A stretch of DNA of 64,000 nt from a virus (lineage: Duplodnaviria > Caudoviricetes): IMG/VR virus record IMGVR_UViG_2615840601_000001. The stretch is one strand, 5' to 3'. Shown here one piece after another: positions 57,674 through 64,000 of the stretch (position 1 is the first letter of the stretch; each line of letters starts with the position of its first letter). The translations under genes and the position numbers were made by a program. Below the pieces are notes generated by a model. That model was not told where the DNA came from. It did not search any database and saw only the letters and a program-made list of their open reading frames with translations.

Positions 57674-57863
57674 GAGATGCTTTTTCGGCTACCAAGATGT
57701 GGCGCTTTTAGCGTTTGCGGCCCCAAGCGGTCGAGTGCGATGCGTAATGATGAAAGCCGCTCATCTAGGCTTGCGTTTTGCATTCGCGGCCCAAAGCTGC
57801 CTTTCGTGCACCTCGCAATGAACGTCCGGTTTGTCAGCCGAAGCGGAAATGCTAACTTAGATG

Positions 57864-57891
57864 GGTGGCAAGCGTTCGCTCTATTGCCACC
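57864..57891 (-). terminator. Hairpin just 3' of DRT3 ncRNA
   Basis: GGTGGCAA/TTGCCACC stem with inner AGCG/CGCT; lacks a strong U-tract. Confidence 0.45.
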
Positions 57892-57920
57892 ACTTTGTGA
57901 CACTTTCGGATCGAAAAATG

Positions 57921-58044
57921 GATAGTTGGGCGTGCCTGTATGTGTGTGGTCCGCAAAAGCGTAAACTTAGAAGGAACGCAGAGGCCTAGTAATGGGTCCC
58001 GTCGCGTCCAGCTCAGATATCTCAGGCAACCGCCCACAATTATC
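57921..58044 (-). ncRNA. DRT3-associated ncRNA with ACACACA tract
   Basis: Directly after drt3b stop; 5' TGGGCG..TGCCTG pairs with 3' CAGGCA-CGCCCA; ACACACA (57941-57947) adjacent to the 3' arm. Confidence 0.8.
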
Positions 58045-59979
58045 TTAGACCGCCGAGTATACAGGCTGCAACTGCTTTCTTCTCAAAAAATGAGACGTTC
58101 TTCCGGCGTTCCAATCGACGAATGCAACGTGTTTTGCGAGCTTTTCGATATCATCGTCCGATAGGTCATCGACGCCACAAACTTCCTTTATTAAGGCCTT
58201 TCTTTTGCTAACCTTAATATAGGGACATCCTATAATATCGCTAAACATCAGGTATACCTCTGAACTAGTCCTGAGTTCTGTTTTGTTTCTACGAACCTGT
58301 TTGAGAGCCAACTTGGAGATGGTTTCGAGCGCCCTATCAACATCAACAGACGGCGATGCTTGCGCCAACAGAAAAATCATCGCAATAAATGAAAAGTACC
58401 CAATGCTTTTCCTTTTAAGCAACATGGTGCACAGCTCAATAACAGGGGGCTGGGATAAAAACAGGTCACTATTAACCGAAGCACCAAGCACAAGCAGATT
58501 ACAAATTTCTAAGGAAATGTCTTTCTCAATCTTTTCCGGTTTATAGGTAGCAACTAGCTCCGTTATCTCATAAACGAGATAGCTATCTAGCGCTTCAGCT
58601 TCTGACAATCCGATTGCAGTCTTGAAATTCTTTAAGCTCTCGAGAATTTGGAAAGATTTATAGATCGGAGCAACGCGAAAATCTGACGCCAAAGAATAGA
58701 ATAGAATTCGCAGAATGGATCTAACTCTATTAATGGCGTCAATTTTTGTTTTAGTCGTAAAACTTTCTGCCGACTTTAATACAGCTTTAACGGCCTTCCC
58801 TATCTGAAAATAGATCGAGCCGGTTACTTCGTTGAAAGTTGCATCTGTATCACGAACAACTAGCCTTAACTCTTCAAGTAGGCTTCGCATGTTGCGGCGT
58901 ATCTCTGTTTGTTCGTCCTCGTCATCAACTAACGGCCTTTTTGCTTCGGCTAGCAACCTAGTGGTAATATCTCCGATGCCTTGTTTTGCTCGGGTGATGT
59001 TGGTCACAAAAGGGCGGCGCAAATTTTCAAGTTTTCCCTCGTTCGGATACAGCTTATACTCTTCTAAACAAGTTTCTACAGCTCGATTCAGTTCGTCGAG
59101 TACAGCTTCATTCCGTGTAAAGAGGAAAAAGTCATCGACATATCTACGGAAAGTGTAATCACGCCCCTCGCGAAGGTGTTTATCCATTTTTAAGATTATA
59201 TTTCTATCAATCTTCTGAAAGATTATCTCCGCAAAGACTCGTGATATCTCGGGTCCAACAACAATTCCATTTGTTTCATTGTAATTGGACCGTTGCATCA
59301 GTGCATCGAACCGGCCCTCGAAGGTATACTTGTTTGCTTGGGCTTTAGAATAAGGTTTATCCTTCACAGCCCATGTCACTGAATGGGTATAGATGTTAAA
59401 AAAGCACTTAGTTACATCAAGCTTTCTGAGATACTGAAATCGGCTCTCTAGCCTTAGAAGTTCGTTAGAGCCATAAAACTTGTCGAGCAAATTGTATTTT
59501 TTGACTGAAAAAAAGGATGGAGCAAAATTAATATCTAAGCGTCCATCTTCCGGCGCTACATGTGCTAGTCCAAGCTTCTTCGCATTCCCTGCTTTCTTCA
59601 ATTCTTCCTTCGAAACTTCCGGCAAAACTCTGTACGGAGCTCGAAGCGAGTATCTACTTTCACTGCATTCCGAAATGATTGTATTCGAATATCCTACTAA
59701 AAAAGTTGCCATTCTGATCTGGTGAAGTGGATGAACAATACTGAGTGTATTGAAGCCTCTGGCTCCTTTGCGAATCTGGTAGCTGAAAGGAATTGTGTAA
59801 GTCTCTGGCCTCAAAGGCCTCCTGTAGTCCCCATTTAAAAACTCTTGTGCTTTAACAGAAAGCCGAGACTTTCTTAGCTCGGATACGAAGAGAAATTCGT
59901 TGGAAAAGGTGACAGGAACCTCGTATGGCAGTGTTTCAGTCAAGAGAGGTCGCAATTTCCGTGCGTGTGGTTCAAGCAT
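58045..59979 (-). CDS. drt3b: Antiviral reverse transcriptase Drt3b-like
   Basis: LTETLPYEVPVTFSN N-terminus, LDVTKCF.NIYTHS..WA, NYNETNGIVVGPEISRVFAEII, RYVDD, helical C-terminus. Confidence 0.88.
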   Translation of the reverse strand: MLEPHARKLRPLLTETLPYEVPVTFSNEFLFVSELRKSRLSVKAQEFLNGDYRRPLRPETYTIPFSYQIRKGARGFNTLSIVHPLHQIRMATFLVGYSNTIISECSESRYSLRAPYRVLPEVSKEELKKAGNAKKLGLAHVAPEDGRLDINFAPSFFSVKKYNLLDKFYGSNELLRLESRFQYLRKLDVTKCFFNIYTHSVTWAVKDKPYSKAQANKYTFEGRFDALMQRSNYNETNGIVVGPEISRVFAEIIFQKIDRNIILKMDKHLREGRDYTFRRYVDDFFLFTRNEAVLDELNRAVETCLEEYKLYPNEGKLENLRRPFVTNITRAKQGIGDITTRLLAEAKRPLVDDEDEQTEIRRNMRSLLEELRLVVRDTDATFNEVTGSIYFQIGKAVKAVLKSAESFTTKTKIDAINRVRSILRILFYSLASDFRVAPIYKSFQILESLKNFKTAIGLSEAEALDSYLVYEITELVATYKPEKIEKDISLEICNLLVLGASVNSDLFLSQPPVIELCTMLLKRKSIGYFSFIAMIFLLAQASPSVDVDRALETISKLALKQVRRNKTELRTSSEVYLMFSDIIGCPYIKVSKRKALIKEVCGVDDLSDDDIEKLAKHVAFVDWNAGRTSHFLRRKQLQPVYSAV

Positions 59980-61261
59980 TCAACCAAGCCTTTCTTATTT
60001 CGGAAACAGTGGCACGCTTGAAGCGCACGGTCATCTTGTTTGTGAACCCCTTGTAAAAAGAGAGGTTCTTTAACTCTGCCAACTGCTCTGGCGTGAACGA
60101 AGCTTGAATTTCCGTTTTGAACTGGCTGTTACCTCCCCATAAAAGGGATGATAAAAACCCATCTAACTCTTTCAGTTCGATTGGAGCAACTGAGACATTC
60201 TCAGGACCTTGCCGTCTGTATTGATACAAGCCGCATTTCCGATAATTGAAGTATATTCCGGTCCTGATTCTGGCTTTTTTCGATCCGTGAGTATGACCCG
60301 TCTTTCTAATTTCAAAATTGCTGGTGAGAAACTTCACTCGGTTTAGCAGCAAAGCAGCGTTCTTGTCTTTTTGGAATGCTTTCAAGCTAAGTATGATACG
60401 TGTCTTTCTGACTTTGATTTTGTCTTTAGATATCTTGACCAAGACTTGTCGGCTCATTCGAGCTCGAATTCCATTTGAGCATTCGAACGAATAACCGAGA
60501 TAGGTGAACGAGCTGGCTGGCTTTTTGCAAGGATTTTTGTCTGAATCTGGTATCGACTCTAGAAAAGCATCTTCCGTCTTTGAGTTCAGTTCGAAATTTG
60601 GGCTTAGGATCTCCTTGATTTTGGCAAGTGCTGGATCGACCTTTTGCGTTGAAAACAACAAAATGTCATCTGCGAAGCGAAAATATCGGTAAACCCCTTC
60701 GATCTCCATGACTTCTCGATCAAATTTACGCAGCGCAAGTTCGGCGAAGGTGGTGCTGAGGCCAAGTCCACGAGGGATGCCAGATTGTGTTCCCCCAAGT
60801 AGGCCCGACGTTTCTAGAACTCTCAGGACTGTCTTTACGTGTGAGTGTGTCTTTGTTGAACTAAGAATCTCTGCCAGTATTGCCTTTGCATCTACATTTT
60901 CGAAGAAAGATTTTATATCACACCGCAATACATAAAATGGTGAAGCGTCGAACAGAGTTTCTAAGACGCCGTTAACCACAGTGTCGCGGCTAGCCGAGCT
61001 AACACCATATTGTTTGTTCAAAGACCTCGCGGTCGCTCGTAGAGCGAGCGCACCGTGAAAGTTGTTAATCAAAAGCAGCTTTCGCCCTTTGGAAATCGGG
61101 ACCGAGCGGTGATGAAAAGTGATTGTGCCATCATCCACCTGTTCGCGTATCTGAGAAAGAAGAGCCTCGCAATCCAATGCCAAATCGACACCAAACTTCC
61201 TGGAGTCGCCGACCCGAATACAGCTTCTAAGATATTTTTCAGAAAATGGACTAATCTGCAT
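59972..61261 (-). CDS. drt3a: Antiviral reverse transcriptase Drt3a-like
   Basis: DIKSFFE, GIPRGLGLS, RFADD, FTYLGY, R.KFLTSN, GIYFNY; 8-nt overlap with second RT. Confidence 0.88.
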   Translation of the reverse strand: MQISPFSEKYLRSCIRVGDSRKFGVDLALDCEALLSQIREQVDDGTITFHHRSVPISKGRKLLLINNFHGALALRATARSLNKQYGVSSASRDTVVNGVLETLFDASPFYVLRCDIKSFFENVDAKAILAEILSSTKTHSHVKTVLRVLETSGLLGGTQSGIPRGLGLSTTFAELALRKFDREVMEIEGVYRYFRFADDILLFSTQKVDPALAKIKEILSPNFELNSKTEDAFLESIPDSDKNPCKKPASSFTYLGYSFECSNGIRARMSRQVLVKISKDKIKVRKTRIILSLKAFQKDKNAALLLNRVKFLTSNFEIRKTGHTHGSKKARIRTGIYFNYRKCGLYQYRRQGPENVSVAPIELKELDGFLSSLLWGGNSQFKTEIQASFTPEQLAELKNLSFYKGFTNKMTVRFKRATVSEIRKAWLNA

Positions 61262-61747
61262 TATTGTTTACTTCTTATCAAAAGGTTGTAAATATTTCCG
61301 ATACAATTTGATCCGCATGCAAGTTAGTTGAGCGATGTAAGCATAACAATACCAGAAATTGCACAAAAACAGCAATGTGACTAAAACTGTCTTCGGTGCA
61401 GATAGCAGCAAAAGACTGCCTCCCGCCCGACCATGACGCAGCTATCAAAGCGAGCTTAAAGTTCCCGAGAATGTCCGCTTCTGCTGGCTACCATCAGGAT
61501 TTTGCATCTGCGGGAAATGTCCGCAATCCGCCCACAGGCGTCGATCATCAAGCTTTCCGACAATTTGTCTCTGTCGCGTTTTGTACCCCCTCCCAGCCCC
61601 CACCATACCCAAAATTTCCGCGAGCCGCGTTAAAGGCGCGTTAGAAAGCCATTGAGGGCCTATTGTTGCGGTTGGGTTGCCTCTCATCTGCCGTTGGTGA
61701 TAGAAGGGCGATAGCTTCCCCCCAAAAATTGACTTCATATGCCGCCC

Positions 61748-61762
61748 GGAACAGTTCCGGCG
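61748..61762 (+). promoter_or_regulatory. Late-promoter activator site (head operon), prophage 2
   Basis: CCGGAA-CAG-TTCCGG dyad; matches 48346. Confidence 0.7.
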
Positions 61763-61818
61763 AGCGCCATCATTTTACCTGCCATGTTGCCATCAACTTG
61801 ATCCCAAGGAGATGCGGC

Positions 61819-62985
61819 GTGGCCAAGGTTGATGACAAAGACAAAACGAAGCGCATTGAGGTGTTCCGTCCGGGCACGTTTACGGCGATGGGCGGCATGG
61901 CGTTCAGTGCGTCTGCTGAAGACCTGGCTGGTCTGGCTCAGCGTTATGATCCTGACGCATATCCTGTGCCTGTTGTTGTTGGCCATCCCAAGACTGACGA
62001 TCCCGCCTATGGCTGGGTGAAGGCCTTTTCCTATGATGATGAGGCGGATCGCCTCTTTGCCGAGATCGGTGATCTGGAGCCACAGTTCGCCGATGCGGTT
62101 GCGCAGCATCGCTACAAGCGCGTCTCCATGGCTTTTTATAAACCAGGTGCAAGCTCCAATCCTGCGGGCGATGCTCTCTATCCCAAACATGTCGGGTTTC
62201 TTGGGGCTGTGGCTCCTGCTGTGCCCGGTTTGAAGCCGGTGGAATTTGCCGGTGAGGCGGATGATGTCATCGCCGTCGAGTTTGCCGATGCCGCCTTCAA
62301 GGATGTTGCCAGCATCTTTCGCCGTTTCCGTGACTGGCTGATCGCCAACGAAGGTCTGGAGACCGCAGACAATGTGCTGCCCGACTATCAGATCCGCTGG
62401 ATCGACGATGCTGGCGACCTGCCTCCCGACATTCCTTCCCCCGAATTTTCTGAAGACGAGGAACCCACCATGGCCCTGAAGCCCGCCAAATCCAAACCCG
62501 CCCAGACCGCCACTACACAACCAAGCGAAGCTGAGCTTACCTTTGCTGAGCGAGAGGCCGAGCTGAACGCCCGTCAGGCAGAGCTGGACGAGCGGGAAGC
62601 CGAACAGCGCCATGAGACCCATGTCGCCTTTGCCGAAGGCCTTGTCGATGATGGCCGCCTGCCATCGGGCAACCGGGCCAAGGTGGTGGCCCTGCTCGAT
62701 GGCGCTTCTGAGCTTGATGCGGACGAGATCGAATTTGCCGATGGCAACGAGACCAAGAAAGCCGATCTGGTCGATCTCTTGAAAGACGTGCTCAAGACCC
62801 AGCCTCCCATCATCCAGTTTGGCGAGATGGATCTGGGTGATGCACCGGACGGCAAGGAGCCTGATCCCGAGGTCATCGCCAATGAGGCGGTTGCCTTCCA
62901 GGTCTCCCAGCGTGAAGCGGGGATTGAGGTCTCCACGTCCGACGCCATTTCCCACATCCGCCAGAAGCGTGGCCTGACAGACTAA
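61819..62985 (+). CDS. Prohead protease/scaffold (internal GAGG-ATG at 62470)
   Basis: IEVFRPG, PVVVGHP..DDPAYGWV, HVGFLGA..PAV.GL; AAGGAG RBS before GTG. Confidence 0.88.
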   Translation: MAKVDDKDKTKRIEVFRPGTFTAMGGMAFSASAEDLAGLAQRYDPDAYPVPVVVGHPKTDDPAYGWVKAFSYDDEADRLFAEIGDLEPQFADAVAQHRYKRVSMAFYKPGASSNPAGDALYPKHVGFLGAVAPAVPGLKPVEFAGEADDVIAVEFADAAFKDVASIFRRFRDWLIANEGLETADNVLPDYQIRWIDDAGDLPPDIPSPEFSEDEEPTMALKPAKSKPAQTATTQPSEAELTFAEREAELNARQAELDEREAEQRHETHVAFAEGLVDDGRLPSGNRAKVVALLDGASELDADEIEFADGNETKKADLVDLLKDVLKTQPPIIQFGEMDLGDAPDGKEPDPEVIANEAVAFQVSQREAGIEVSTSDAISHIRQKRGLTD

Positions 62986-63021
62986 GCCGCACCCATTCCC
63001 CCTAATCTGGAGACGAGAACA

Positions 63022-63399
63022 ATGCAGCAGCATGTAGGGCTGATCAAGAATTTCATGGCAGAGGGGCTTATTGAGAAGCGCCGTCTGGTCACCTTCGGGT
63101 CTGAAGAAGGCAATGTTGCCAGGGCTGGCATCGGCGATGTGCTGCTTGGCACGACCGCGATCCGTGGTGCCCCTGCCGCCAATAGCCGAGTGGATGTCTG
63201 TCTCGACAATATCCGCGAAGTCGAATTTGGCGGTGTTGTCGCCTATGGCGATCCGATCACCTCTGATGCCAATGGCCGCGCCATCAAGGCGGAACCGGCA
63301 GAAGGCAGTTCGGTTCCGATCATCGGACGCGCCATGGAAGGTGCCAAGGTTGGCACCATCGGGCATGTCTTCATTCAGCCTGCCATCCTTCACGGCTAA
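63022..63399 (+). CDS. DUF2190-like head decoration protein
   Basis: VEFGGVV..GD.ITSDANGRA, IIGRAME. Confidence 0.8.
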   Translation: MQQHVGLIKNFMAEGLIEKRRLVTFGSEEGNVARAGIGDVLLGTTAIRGAPAANSRVDVCLDNIREVEFGGVVAYGDPITSDANGRAIKAEPAEGSSVPIIGRAMEGAKVGTIGHVFIQPAILHG

Positions 63400-63438
63400 G
63401 GCCGTTCATCCTTAACCCCTACTTGGAGAGGTCTCGCT

Positions 63439-64000
63439 ATGTCGACCGCTACCGACCAATTTACCGAAAGCCCGACACTTACTGCGGTCGCTATTGCCTA
63501 CCGCAATCCCGATTACGCACTGATTGCCGATGATGTTCTGCCGCGCGTTGACGTGCCTGGCATCAATTTCAAATGGCAGAGCTACAACGAAGCGGAAGCC
63601 TTCACCATTCCCGACACCAAGGTCGGTCGCCGTTCTGCACCGAACCAGGTTGAACTGGAAGGCGAAGAGAAGGATGGTTCGGTCGAGGACTTCGGGATCG
63701 ACATCCCTCTCGACAATGCCACCATCACGGAAGCCAAGCGTAACAAGTATAATCCGGAAAGCCGGGCAACCGAGCGGGCAACCAACATTATCATGCTGGA
63801 TCGTGAAGTGCGTGTTGCGAGACTGATCACCGATCCTGCCAATTATCATTCCGATCATGTTGAGGCTCTGTCCGGCACGGACCTGCTGACGGATGAAGCG
63901 TCCGATCCGATCTCTCTGGTCGAGGATCTGATGTCCACCTGTTGGCACAAGCCCAACCAGATCACCTTTGGCTTTCGTGCCTGGCGTGCCTTCCGCAAGC
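63439..64000 (+). CDS. Major capsid protein (truncated by window end)
   Basis: MSTATDQFTESPTLTAVAIAYRNPDYALIADDVLPRV...; open to window end, GGAGAGG RBS, position. Confidence 0.85.
   Translation, partial: MSTATDQFTESPTLTAVAIAYRNPDYALIADDVLPRVDVPGINFKWQSYNEAEAFTIPDTKVGRRSAPNQVELEGEEKDGSVEDFGIDIPLDNATITEAKRNKYNPESRATERATNIIMLDREVRVARLITDPANYHSDHVEALSGTDLLTDEASDPISLVEDLMSTCWHKPNQITFGFRAWRAFRK

Larger units (their letters stand above)
38411..64000 (+). mobile_element. Mu-like transposable prophage 2 (continues beyond window)
   Basis: TGT start, repressor/ner/MuA/MuB/gemA/mor/lysis/terminase/portal/F/G/protease/capsid order. Confidence 0.93.

Noticed and set aside
57921-61261. Retron or group II intron
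   Set aside because: Two RTs in tandem with the RNA downstream; no upstream msr-msd layout, no VTG-type retron motif, no maturase or intron domain V seen
61735-63393. 552-aa minus-strand ORF (also 16350..17261, 51388..52326, 24627..25562, 4593..5495)
   Set aside because: Antisense shadows of well-supported plus-strand phage genes; no motifs or RBS

Overview
The window holds no recognisable host genes. It is two different Mu-like (transposable) prophages lying head-to-tail about 30 bp apart, with an alphaproteobacterial flavour (inference). Prophage 1 (<1-38380, left end outside the window) has a repressor/ner/ParB/MuA/MuB early region, a Mu-type head and a P2-type contractile tail with two tandem tail-fibre+chaperone cassettes. 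It ends with a com + C5-methyltransferase module written in two overlapping frames, then an HNH nuclease and an Eco29kI-like type II R-M pair. Its MuA gene is frameshifted. Prophage 2 (38411->64000) has an intact MuA, an S24-type repressor, lysis and head genes, and a cargo island between gpG and the protease. That island carries a two-reverse-transcriptase DRT3-type defence system whose ncRNA, with an ACACACA tract, can be read directly from the sequence. The least explained signals are: (i) a small structured RNA with its own promoter-like element right after the MuF-nuclease gene in both prophages, one with perfect kissing loops, in place of an immunity ORF; (ii) an A-AAA-AAG -1 frameshift fusing portal to MuF in prophage 2; (iii) the dual-frame methyltransferase; and (iv) a degenerate repeat family at cargo-gene boundaries in both prophages. 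All product calls come from motif recognition and gene order, not from database searches.
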